DNA of 63,933 bases, filler included, from Reticulomyxa filosa (Eukaryota; Protista; Foraminifera), in assembly GCA_000512085.1 (NCBI GenBank). It is 21 parts of 21 records of this genome, joined end to end, with 100 filler letters (N's around TTAATTAATTAA, not from the genome) between each part and the next. Parts side by side here need not be neighbours in the genome. Positions count along the whole stretch, not along the records: positions 50,356 to 52,411 come from ASPP01001053.1; positions 52,512 to 53,844 come from ASPP01022131.1; positions 53,945 to 59,407 come from ASPP01010235.1; positions 59,508 to 61,579 come from ASPP01007092.1; positions 61,680 to 62,831 come from ASPP01027449.1; positions 62,932 to 63,933 come from ASPP01012322.1; 15 more parts are not named here. One strand, written 5' to 3'. The first letter of the stretch is position 1. The number at the start of each line of letters is the position of its first letter. The notes beneath the pieces are model-generated. The model was not told where the DNA came from. It did not search any database and saw only the letters and a list, made by a program, of their open reading frames with translations. The position numbers were made by a program, and so were the translations under genes. This document shows, one piece after another, positions 52,035 to 63,933 of this stretch.

Positions 52035-52512
52035 TCTATATTATCATTAACGATCGCCGTGAAAAATTGTCAAGATTATCTCGAGACCACTTCAAGTAAA
52101 CTTAGAACAAGTATATATATCGATATATCTCAAAATCGTCAAAAAAGTCAAGTTGTTTCAACACAACAAGAATCCTCAAGTCAAAGTCCGAAATTTATTT
52201 TTTTTACTGTGATTAAAAAATTTTTATAGTAGTTGGATTTTTGTGATATTGTTAGTATTGTGTGGTTTTTAACCTTTTTCACCATTTGGCAACGTTTTGT
52301 TGCAATTCATTTTGGGGGGGCTATTGTCGTCGGTTTCTACATCTTGCGTATTGTGTAACTGTTAGATGTGGAAGTGCTTTAAAGCTTACAGCTTATATTG
52401 ACCTCAGTTGCNNNNNNNNNNNNNNNNNNNNNNNNNNNNNNNNNNNNNNNNNNNNTTAATTAATTAANNNNNNNNNNNNNNNNNNNNNNNNNNNNNNNNN
52501 NNNNNNNNNNNA

Positions 52513-52722
52513 TGTTCTGGATCATTGGATAATACAATTCGATTTTGGGATATTCGATCAAATAAGAATGAATTATATATGATCAAAGGAGATAAAGAAG
52601 ATGATAGAATATATTGTCTTAAATTTATTGAATTTAAAAAGAAAGAAAAGACTAAGAATGGTGCATATGATTTGAATTTATGTTATGGTTCATACAATGG
52701 CATTATTCGTATTTGGGGATAA
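52513..52722 (+). CDS. C-terminus of a lineage-expanded WD40 protein
   Basis: CSGSLDNTIRFWDIRSNKNELY...IYCLKF...LCYGSYNGIIRIWG*. Confidence 0.8.
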   Translation, partial: CSGSLDNTIRFWDIRSNKNELYMIKGDKEDDRIYCLKFIEFKKKEKTKNGAYDLNLCYGSYNGIIRIWG

Positions 52723-53955
52723 TTTACTTTTTGTCGAATAAGAAATGAAAATATTTTTGTTTGAAAAGAAAAGTAATGTGATATTAAACTTGTTTGATTT
52801 AATTAAATGCAAACATTAAAAAGTGTGTTTTCTGGCTTTGTTGTTTAAAAAATTCAAAAAGTTGCATTCAATGTTTTTTAAAACATTCAAAAGCGTAATT
52901 GATGAAAATTGTATTTGAATATCAAAATTAATTGCAAGATATTTCATGTATTATATTTTTTTTATTGAAAATAACTACTAATTTTTAGATAGTCTTTTTT
53001 TGTCTTTGATATTGTTTTTTGTATAGTAGTGAACACTCAAAACAGGATAAGTTAAAGAGCAACAGTATGCATTATCAAAAGCAACATTTTCTCTTGAAGT
53101 AAGCATGAATGATCAGTAATTTAAAAAAGTGAAATATAACAATACAAACAATGTTTCAGTTTAGAATTTGCTTTTTATTACTTTTTTGCCATGAAATTTT
53201 TTTGATTTATTACAATTTTGTGAAGTAAAAAGGAGTGATTAAAATATGGTTTTCCTTATTAAATTGCAATTGTGTATGACACAAGAAGTAAATATCTTTT
53301 ATATTTTTATTCAGCAAATTTTTTAAAGGAATATGTAAAATAAAAATTTTCCATAATTTGAAAAAATTCATTTGTCATTATAGCAAACTCAAAACAAACA
53401 AGTATTTTTTTTTTGTAAATTGATATTCTATTTTCCTTTTAGAGTTACATATGCAATTAATTTTAAAAACTGTGCATATGATAAGTTAACAAATACTTGA
53501 AAATCAAGTTTAAATTGAAATGAAATCAATATTATGATTTACATTTTTAAAATGTCTTAGTTGTTTATGTTTCATTGTTCCAATTTAGTAAATGAGTGTT
53601 TTTATTTTCAGAACAAGGAAATGATATCTTTCAATTCACCAAATAAAAATGTATTCATATATTTCATTATCAAGTACTTCCTTCCTTAACAAAGATAATA
53701 TAGTATAAATTTTCTCTACAGAAGAATGATAATTAGATTTATAGATTATTTGCCTGCGGTGAAAGCAGATTTACGTTATTAAAAATTTGGCTCAAGTCAA
53801 TGTGTTTCTTTTTTGATTTGTTTTTTAATCTTTAAAAAGGCTTTNNNNNNNNNNNNNNNNNNNNNNNNNNNNNNNNNNNNNNNNNNNNTTAATTAATTAA
53901 NNNNNNNNNNNNNNNNNNNNNNNNNNNNNNNNNNNNNNNNNNNNAAAAAAAAAAG

Positions 53956-55313
53956 ACGGGGCTGCTCGAATTTATTCTAAAAAATGTGAACGCGTTCCCT
54001 AAAAAAGTGCAGAAAAGTGCGGTGTGGACGTTGAGCAACTTTTGTCGTGGGAAACCATTTCCAGATTGGGATCGAGTGTCAAAAGTGCTACCCGTTTTGA
54101 AGCAAATCCTCGACGAGACGAAGGACTATGATATGATAGCAGACATTTTGTGGGCAGTGTCGTTTCTGAGCGAAGACAGAGGGGACACGGAAGACGGGAC
54201 AAAAATCCAAATTGATGGCATTATCCAATGTGGTGTCTTGAATAATATTATCGCCATCATTAAGCAGACACAAAAGATAAAAGATGAATTGCAACCTAAG
54301 CTTGGTCAGGTCATTTTTCATTTGCACTCCCCCTTTTCCCCCCCCCTTCCCTCCTTCCCCCCTTTTTATTTCCCTTTTTGCCTATGGCCGGTTTCTATTG
54401 ACAATGAACCTGAAATTGAAATGGATTGCTATGATCGGGATAGGCGGATGCTAAACTTGAGAAAGAGATTCAGAGCAAGTTGTCAAAGAGTGAATACTTG
54501 GTTGGGCCGTGCGTTCATATAATCGGAAATATTGTGAGCGGTACTGACGAACATACCGCAGAGGTGTTAAAAGCAGGCTTTTATGAAATCATTGAAACTT
54601 GTCTTGATCAATCAGCCAGAAACACCAGGAAAGAAGCTTGTTGGGCTTTGTCCAATGTGTTGGTGGGTGGCAACAACCAATTGGAACCTTTCTTGAACAA
54701 TCAAAAACTGATCAAGTTCCGTTTTGTTCTTTTGATGAATCATGTTGTATTCATTCCATAGTTTGTTTGTGATATTGTATTTAGATGAGTTGTTTGTGCA
54801 TGGCATTATTCTCTTTTCTTTTGACACAGACGTGTGATAGACTTGAGTTCTGATGTCGATGTCAATGTGCGAAAGGAGGCCGGCTGGTGCCTTTCCAACG
54901 CAATATGCGGGGCAACATTCGCCCAACTATCAATTCTCGTCAGTACTGGTTTCATCAAAGCGATGGTGGAATTTGTGAAGACTTTCCAAAATGATAGAAT
55001 ATTATTGATGGCCATGGAAGCGTTGGAACAATGTTTGAACGCTGAACTCAAGCATCATCAGAATTTATTTGCACTTGAAGCAGAACAATGTGGAGTAGTC
55101 GATGCGCTGGACGTCGTGGCCGCATCAGATGCATATTCTGAACGATGCACCAAAATGGCTTCTGAACTAATTGCCAAATATTGGTCAGATTCTCACGACA
55201 ATAAACCCACAGGTCAACCTGATAACAACGATGTTGTTGGATCCTCTAATATTGATTTTAGAAACGACAACCAAATTTCTGGTCAAGCAAACAATGAACC
55301 ATTTCAGTTTTAG
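53956..55313 (+). CDS. Importin alpha (karyopherin alpha), 5' truncated
   Basis: ARM motifs AVWTLSNFCRGKP, DILWAVSFLS, IGNIVSGTDEHT, RKEACWALSNV and VRKEAGWCLSNAICG, with C-terminal FQF*. Two introns. Confidence 0.93.
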
Positions 55314-55721
55314 TTGATTTAATTCTTGTTTTATTTTTCATTCATTTAAAAAGTAATAAAGAGGGCTGGTTGTGACCAAAGGGTTGTATTTTTATGGCTC
55401 ACGAGGTGTGCCTTTCTTATCAGCCGAGCACGTCTCCACTCGTGCTTTGGTGTCTTTTGGAAATAAATTTTTAACAATTTTTTTTCTCCGCGGTTTGACA
55501 TTCGACTGCACAAAACCTAAAGGAGGAAAAACTATTTATTAAATGAAATTTTGGGAAAAATAATTGTTATCGCAAAAGATTTCTTGAATTTTGTTGAAAT
55601 ATATAAATTTTATTGACGGAATTCAATTTCATTGAAATAAGCACTTACAAGGTAGATGCTTTTTGTGGAATGATAAGAACTGTAAGGTTGACATTTTGGG
55701 GACACCGTTAAAACAGAAAAA

Positions 55722-58700
55722 TTAAAAGTCCTCCACGGACCACTTTCTTTGAATTTCTTTGTGTATCCAAACCAAGAAATCTGGATAAGATTTTTTACTG
55801 TTATCATTTTCATTAATTTTGCTTCCTGCTCGTATTCTCGCCGCATCTTCTATAAAAAGACTCAAAAATCGTTGCTGGTCAATTGTCAAGTGTGCGCCTG
55901 AGCTAATATCTGGGCGTATTAGCACTTCACATTCAAGCCAGATGGGTTGGTCAAATCTTATTTCATCTAACAATAATGACAAACGATAACCCAAATCCTG
56001 AACGTCTTCAGTAAAGTCTTCACGCAGAGTAATTTTTTGATTAACATTACCACTTCTGTCGTCATTTACATCTTGGAGCGTCACAAATGTTTGATTGAAT
56101 TTTTCAATTTCACAATGACTACCAACGCAAATAATAATTTTGCGGCCGGTTTCAACCACATAAATGCCTTTTTCATCCAACTTCACTTTTGTCAATTCCA
56201 GAGTTCGAGGGAGTAATACACGGCCGTTTTCACTGACAATGCATTCGTTGTCTTGTAAGTCGTGGATTGGATAAACATAAGGATGAACGTAAGAAAGACT
56301 GGCGGCCACTGGCATCATCTTATCATTTGTTGTTTGTTTTGACAGTCAATATACATATACATACCATATATGTATATATAAATGATTTATTAAGAAAAAA
56401 AGAACACTAAACAGCGGCATAAGACAACTCAAACACTCTCTCATCACTGCCCACATTTGCAGCAAGCATAGGACATTTGATCATACCCAAGGTATACAAA
56501 GGCAGCAGTTTAAGTGATTCCGGTAGTACAAGTTGTTTCTTGGCATTGCCGGCAGCACAATATCTGCGATAAGTGAAAAGTATTTCAACGCAACCGTTGC
56601 ACATACCTTCACGCGCCGCTGCGACCGAGGCCATGTCTCCCATTGGCACCATCAACGATGACACCGCTTGTTTTAGTGACACATTTAATACTGCGTCCAT
56701 ATCCACGCAACGATATACATCTGCCAATTTGTGGACGACGGGTAATGACACCGTGTGTACACGAATAAAGCCATTTCCTGATTTATTGGCAGTTCAACAA
56801 AATGTTGAAACAAAAGAAAAAAATGATAGTTTGAAAAAAAGGGGGAAGAGTAGGAAGGGGAGGGGGCAGGGGGGGGGAAAAAACATAAGAATGATGATAA
56901 TAATATGGTAATTAGTAACAAATAAAAAAACAAATGATAGAAAGAGACGCACATGAATAGTATGGCCCATACCATCGATGGTGGAATACAACATGGCCAA
57001 TTGCACAGCCACAAATGGCCTCTCATCCAACTTCTCCCAAATCTGCATGCGCACAGCAAACGCCCAATCACTGTTGACAGTGGACGGAGCGACTTCGCTG
57101 TGGTTGCTCAAGGTAAGGGCGCCCATATAATCGACCACTTCCACTCCTTTGCTAGCGCGAATCGCCAAGACACAGTTGAACACGGTTACGCGGGTTATGT
57201 CATGCAACAGATCCCTTTCAAACCGCAGTCCGTCCTTTTGGCTATAGAAATTGGGATAGTAATACAGCTGTCCGCCAGTTCTTCGTGACGCATATCCTAT
57301 AAGCAGAGAGCCACATAGACACTGATTTTTTTAATCCAAAAAAAAAAAAAAAAAAAAAATGTTCTTTGCATTTGACAATTATTGTGATTCGTTTCAAAAT
57401 TAAGTTTATCAAAAAGAGTTGGGGAAGGGAGAGGAAACACACCAACAGTGGCCAAGTCCAAATACACGTGAGTACTGCAGGCAAAGATATCGACAGTGGT
57501 CATACTATCGACACATTGGCGCATGAGACTTTCGTAGTGCTGACCATTGGGTTGGAATAGATCTCTTTCCTTTTCGGTGTCGAACCATTCGGCATTTTCG
57601 CGATGCGTGAGTTTGCCAATGCCCACATTGGGAAGACAAGTCAAAATCGCAAATATCTTGCCTCCAAACGAGGCAATGATCTGAGAGGCGGCAGTCAAGG
57701 CGCTGCCAAAGCAAGACTGATTCATTTTAGTATTCAAAAAGCTGCTGCTATTGTTGCTGTTGCTGTTGCTGTTGTTGTTATTGCTGTTGTTGTTATTGCT
57801 GTTGTTGCTATTGGTAGTGGTTGCTCCTGTACTTGTGGTATTGTATTCGTTGCCACTGAATTTTTTTTCTTCCACGTTTCTCAAGTCATTGTATGCAAAG
57901 ATTTGGGGAACTCTCTCCAACAACTGATCAAATTTGTCGTAGCGCTCTTCTTCTGTCTTTTCGTCCAATGTGTCGTCATAAATGTCGATAAGTATTTCAC
58001 TGGCGGGCAGAGCCACAAAAGGGTCATCCACTTGTGAAATTACGTGGATTTTGCTATCCGGCACCGAGTGCAAATGGATTTTCGTGTCATACGTCAAAAA
58101 TCCAACTTTCAGCTTCACTTGCGGGGTTTTGCTTTGGTGCAGCTTTTGCCGAGAAGATGTCTTATCATTATCCAATGGATTTGAGGCAGTCTCGTTGTTG
58201 CTATCATCCTGGTTTGGATCATGAGGATAATATTCTTTCAATTGCTCACGAAACGTACGCAGACAATTGCGAATCGAATTTACGGAAAGTTCTACTAACC
58301 CACGTTGATACGCGTTCGCAGTCACGTCAATTACAAAAAAATACACTGGATTCTTTTTATTTCATATATATGTATATATACATATATATATTTATATTTA
58401 ATGTATGTACATTTTTTTTTTAGCTTGTTTGTGCGCACACACACACACACAAACAAAGTCAATCCAAATGCAGAGCAAAAGAGACATGGGACGAACATTT
58501 TGTGTAATGAAATTTATTTTTATTGTTGTTATTGTAATTATTGTTGTTGTCATTCCTTGCTCTTGCTCTCTTCTCATCCTTTTCAACAAAACTGTCGTTG
58601 TGGGACACAGAGACATATATATATATATAACAAAACTCTTCGTAAGTGTGCAAAAAGTGTCTTTGGAAGCGACATAATCAACAGACCCTCGATGGAGCTC

Positions 58701-59350
58701 TGGCTTTTCCATGCGGTCCATGCGATTGCCCACGCCATCGATATTACAACGGTAATAGGTTGGACATTCGTTATTGATGTAGCAAATGTTGCACACCCAT
58801 GTCCGTCCAGATTGGATCCATTTGACATGTGGGTTCATGTATGCATGACATCCTTCGCAACGAATAGGTCCTTGGATCCCTTGATTCACTGTTGGAACTG
58901 GGTCCTAATCGAAAGTGTGTCACATCCCGAATCATCATTTCAAATATTATATATTACATATTATACACATGTATACACATATATATATTTTATAGATTTT
59001 TTTTTTTTCCTTCTTCCCCCCCCCCCCCCCCCCTATCTCCTCTCGTTGTTGAACAAATGCCTCAAATAACAAATAAATAAACAAAAAAATTGCCATTTCA
59101 TATTTGTTTAATACAAATATGTATTCATATTTCACAGAACTTCAGCCAGGCCAGTATTTGCCATTGGCTGAATCGCACATGCAAACCCAACCGCACTTTT
59201 GGTGCACATATCCCCCGATGATGGAACATTATACATGGTCATACGCATAAATCGAGGGGTTGCATTCCCCATGTCTTTGGCGATGTAAGGTGCACGCGCA
59301 CTGGGCGGGTTGTTATCCAATTTTGCCATTGACTTGTACTCTAATACTTC
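55722..59350 (-). CDS. SEC24: COPII coat protein Sec24 (Sec24C/D-like), multi-exon, 5' truncated
   Basis: GNATPRFMRMTMYNVP, zinc finger PIRCEGCHAYMNP...WVCNIC...PELHRGSVDYVA, trunk YFFVIDVT, LVLPESLKLLPLYTLGMIK and C-terminal SYPDFLVWIHKEIQ. Confidence 0.95.
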
Positions 59351-59507
59351 ATTTGTCTTTTCATTTTTTTTTTTTTTTTTTTTGTGCAACATTTTTTTTG
59401 TGATGGANNNNNNNNNNNNNNNNNNNNNNNNNNNNNNNNNNNNNNNNNNNNTTAATTAATTAANNNNNNNNNNNNNNNNNNNNNNNNNNNNNNNNNNNNN
59501 NNNNNNN

Positions 59508-59539
<32 letters not shown>

Positions 59540-61127
59540 AAAAAAAAAAAATTTAAAAAAAACTTCACAACCGAACATAAATTCATCCCTCCGACTTTTT
59601 AAATTTAAACCCACAAAGAACTTTTTTTCCTCCTTTTCCCTTCCCCTGTTCTTATCCCTCTTTTTGAAAAGCCATGCTACAAAAAGAGAGATAAGATGGA
59701 GGGCTTGCACGCCCACAACCAAAGTAATTCCTCTCTTGCAATGAAACAAATAATTAAAAAAAACTTTTTTTTTTTTAGATTAAACATTTAAATAAAAGTA
59801 AGATAAAAATTTGAACACATGTATGTGATATTTTCTTTTTTTCACTTTTTTAATTTTTAATTTTTTTTTTGATATTATTGTATTTTTTTAAATAAACAAG
59901 CAAAATTAATGAGATTTGATTTTACTGATTGTTTGTTTATTTCTTGATTGTTTTGTTTTTTTCTATTACTATTGTTACCTTTTTTTTCCTCTTTCTATAA
60001 TTTTTTAAATAATAATTTCAATCATTTCTCAATCTCTTTTTTTGTTTTGTGTATCAAAAGAACAACTGGATAAAACGAATAAAAAAAAATTGAAAAGTTA
60101 AAAATAAACAAACAAAATGGGCACATACACAAGAAATTTAAATCGTGATGGATGAACAATTGTGTGTGCGTGTGTGTTTCTCATATCTTTTCCGTTCCTC
60201 ATGACAAAAATTTTCTTTGTTTTGCTTGTTTGTTTCCTTTGTCTTGTTTTTTTTGTTTTGTTTTTTAATAGTGGTTTTTTTCAATTAGGTTGTGTAGCTC
60301 AAACATTTGTATTTTGGCATGTATGTGTTCACCTTTTTTTCTCCCCCATTATTGGAGTGTTTTAATTTCAATTGTTGTAACAATTACATGTTTCACAAAA
60401 GTTTTGAAACAGTTGCGTACAGAAATATCGTGTTCTTAGTATTACTTTTGCCTTATTTCCGAAAGTCAGTTCATGTAGGCCATTTAACTTGAATTAAAAT
60501 CTTACCGTTCTTCAATTTGCCGAATTTATTTTTAAAAACTTAACACAAATTCAAAAGCTATTTGTCGTTTGGGGTTTTTGTATTTTTATTTTTGTTTTTG
60601 TTTTTATTTTACTGGTCACAAAAATTTAATCTAAATCCAACGATTCGGATTGCTTTTTAACAGTGTTCATGTAAGAACATTTGTATTTTAAAAAAATTTT
60701 TTGAGGGACATTGACCCAAAAAATTAAGAAACAAAATAAAAAAAGAGTGAAAAATAAATAAACATAAAAAATTAAATTAATTTTAAAGCCAATATTTAAC
60801 AGCTTTGTCTGATTAGCATTTATTTTTGATGTTTTCTGTTGAAATGCTATTTAATTTTTTGAAATTTTTTTGCACTGCCTTTTTATGTTTAGCCTTACCT
60901 TACTTTCTATATTAAAAGCAAGTTTTTATGGAACTAAATAAAAAAAGATTAGCTGACTTGTGTGCTAATAAACTTTCTATAAATTATCAAACTACAACTT
61001 TTATGTATAAATCAGAAGGTAGGGAAGGGAGATATTTTCGTATATGGGGATGGGAAATGACTACGTGAAGCATTTTTAAAATATATTACAATAATCAGCT
61101 TCAGAAAGAAAAAAACAAAGAAGTAGG

Positions 61128-61579
61128 ATGAACACTTTTCCAGCAAATCATTTATTTTTGAAACTGTGCGTTTTGCTTGGTGCTTTGGTGTACCTGACGC
61201 AATATGTGGCAGGTTCGGCAATAGAAACTCTGAGCCCTTGTGTGTGCGGGAAGCCAATAATAAGTTTCGACAGTACGATCAACACAATCTCGATTATGTA
61301 TCCCCCAGCGCTTGCGGGTCAGTTTCCGACATATGGGAACTCAAGCGAGGCATATTGCACAGCAGTTTTGGCATCGCAAACTCTCCCGGCGAATATATCA
61401 ATGGGCATGAAGCATAATAATTTAGCGATTGCATTAGTATTCAATACATCGTTTGAAAATTGCATATTTCAGGACTATTTATACTTGGACAACTTGTCGA
61501 CATTTTCAAACGTCCAACTTTCGGTTTTCAACTTTCGTCTCAACAACGTATACGCAAATGTGTCAACAAAGTATCCAAA
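61128..61579 (+). CDS. Secreted or membrane hypothetical protein (3' truncated)
   Basis: Open to the contig end. Signal-peptide-like N-terminus (LFLKLCVLLGALVYLTQYVAG), several N-x-S/T sequons and Cys residues. Confidence 0.55.
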
Positions 61580-62965
61580 NNNNNNNNNNNNNNNNNNNNN
61601 NNNNNNNNNNNNNNNNNNNNNNNTTAATTAATTAANNNNNNNNNNNNNNNNNNNNNNNNNNNNNNNNNNNNNNNNNNNNGTTTCTATTGCAAATGTTGAA
61701 AAAATCTCATACCTCGTCAAGTGTAGCAAATAAAAATGAAAGACAAGCAAACTCAAGAGTGTTAATGCGAAAAAGGTCAGCAGCCGACATTACAAACAAG
61801 TGAAGAGAAAACACTACTCTTTTGAAATATGGGGACTATCCTCTGAGCAATGTCCTTTTCTACGTTGGTGGTATTAATCTCTTATTCTAATTCTTGCAAG
61901 AGATTTGCGTTTGTTGGGAATAAAAACAAGACAATAAAAATAATGGCCAATCAGACATTGGATTTATATTGGCAATCATGGGACAATCGCTAGAACAACA
62001 GTATAATTTTTTTTTACAAAAAAACATATCCAAATATTTGCACAAACAAAAACAAACTTATATCATCATATTTGAGGTCGCTGATTGTCTAAAAAATTTA
62101 ACAATCTTTCTCCATACTAATAATTGGCATTTTCATGTAATATGTCTCTTTTGTTTGTGAAATTGTGTTTTTGAGAACAGAAAACAAAAATGAGTAAAAT
62201 TTTTTCAAGAAATTTTGAGCTGAATAATTTTACTCAGATTCTCTTTACTTCCTTATGCTGAAATGCACACACAAGCAAGTATTAATGGATTGTTCAAGAT
62301 CATCAAATAATTGTCTTGTGCTTGGATGCAACGAAAGAAAAATTTAAGCGACATTACCAACTCTTCAGCAGGTTTTGTTTCCCTGTTTGATTGCCCATTA
62401 TTTAACTTTTACACACATTTGATCTGGTGTTTTTAAAATAAAAAAATAAAATTGAAAAATAAACACCTCACTTCTAGTGTAAATGTTTTTTATTTATTTT
62501 GTGACGCATCTCACCAAGTAAATATTTTTTAATTTTTTTTTTCCCACAAGTTTTTCAAATGCCTTTTTTCTGCTTGAATTGAGCCTTCATATTTCGATCA
62601 ACACTTTTGACAAAACTTTAAAAAAATTCCTTGAAACGATATGGTGAAAAAAGAGACATTTTTTGACACGCGATTTTTCTTTACAAAATGCTAGTCAAAG
62701 TTTTAATAAAAAAAAACCATACAAAAACACGTTTTTTTTTTCACAAGACTGTAATTTATTAGTAATCGGATTTTGAGTAAAGGTGACACAAAAAAACCGG
62801 AAAAGCGTAGTGGGAAAAAAAAAGGGATATGNNNNNNNNNNNNNNNNNNNNNNNNNNNNNNNNNNNNNNNNNNNNTTAATTAATTAANNNNNNNNNNNNN
62901 NNNNNNNNNNNNNNNNNNNNNNNNNNNNNNNGATATATATATATATATATGTATATGTGATGTAG

Positions 62966-63835
62966 ATAACGGTAAAGAATCGACGAATAATGCTCGACGA
63001 CAAAGAAATAACAATGAAGGAAAAAGGAAAAGTGTTATTTTTGCATGGATTACTGGAGGGCAGTGTACTATCGATTTGCGGTTTGAATGCGCATCCCCAC
63101 GCAGTGCAAGTGAGCGTAAAGTACGAAAAGGATGACGAGATGAGCAAGTCGTACACGTTGGATATGATGTCGACAGACACGATACTTGGCGTAAAGCGTC
63201 AAATCCAGCGACGCGAAGGATTGATGTGTTCGCGACAGCAAATGACACGAGCAGGAGCAGGACTGCGATTGGGTCCGGAGGACAAAGAGAACAGAGTCAG
63301 TGAGTTGAGTGACTCCACGACGTTGGTAAAGTTAGTACCTTATGGAAATGAGCTGAAGTTGCGAGTACGTAATCGTAAGAAGTGCATGGTCACATTGGAC
63401 GTGTTTTGCAAAGCCCACTTGCTGCCGGGATACGAGAGCAACGAATCGAATCTGCGTTTGTCGCAAGTGTTGTCGGCCATTGCTTGGAATAGCGACGATA
63501 TGCTGTACGTCGTGCCTCGTAGCATCTACAGTCTGTATCTCAGTAGCCACAGCAAATGGATTGCCGAGTCTCTGGAAGAAGGTACCGCAAGCGGATATCA
63601 AGACCTGTTCGGCTTGGAAGCCGCGTGGATGCCTTATGTGGAGCAAACCACCACGGGAATGTCGTGTTTCCTCAGCTGCTTGTTTGTTGTGGCCCATTAC
63701 ATGAACGGAAACGTACAGCACGCCGAGCAGATCTGCGGACATTTCAGGCTGATGTTGACCGACTTCCCTCCTGCTGTCATGTCATTGTTTTTATTGGGAA
63801 AAAGAAATTGACGCAAGTGACTCCTCCTCATAAGG
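62966..63835 (+). CDS. Protein with an internal ubiquitin-like domain (internal exon)
   Basis: VQVSVK...SYTLDMMSTDTILGVKRQIQRREGLMCSRQQM resembles ubiquitin [30 protein letters not shown] and lacks a terminal GG. Intron-like (TA)n flanks. Confidence 0.65.
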
Positions 63836-63838
63836 TTA

Positions 63839-63893
63839 CTTAATAATAATAATAATAATAATATATAAATATATATATACATATATATTTATA

Positions 63894-63933
<40 letters not shown>
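63839..63933. repeat. (TAA)n/(TA)n/(ATT)n microsatellite
   Basis: Direct reading. Confidence 0.9.

Noticed and set aside
55398-55445. Possible hairpin ncRNA between importin alpha and Sec24 (CACGAG...CTCGTG)
   Set aside because: The pairing is short and imperfect with no recognisable family motif.

Overview
This is not one continuous locus. It is 21 short draft-assembly contigs joined by 20 identical 100-nt artificial linkers (N44-TTAATTAATTAA-N44), so adjacency across a linker means nothing. Twenty contigs are AT-rich, intron-containing eukaryotic DNA. Their expanded WD40 and Kelch-like families and (TA)n/(CA)n-rich introns look like the foraminiferan Reticulomyxa filosa; this is my recognition, not a database result. 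Recognisable eukaryotic genes are a Kelch-like protein, a PH-domain protein, an EML/EMAP-like protein, LRMDA, RPL18A, an SK-repeat protein, WD40 proteins, a mono-ART-type PARP with four Cys/His modules, a CorA transporter, a WWE protein, an RNF213-like AAA ATPase, importin alpha, Sec24 and a ubiquitin-like-domain protein. There is also a decayed RT+RNase H LINE and several pseudogene-like relics. One GC-rich contig (23465-26751) is betaproteobacterial and Neisseriales-like: dksA, a DAHP synthase, an AIM24/TIGR00266 gene, a 49-aa membrane ORF and fba. Many genes carry single-base losses, mostly in homopolymers, which are probably sequencing errors. The most novel-looking signal is a ~90-aa domain I do not recognise, ending in a His/Cys3 motif. 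It occurs four times in two genes on contig 33469-41985, and frameshifts hide part of it from the ORF track.
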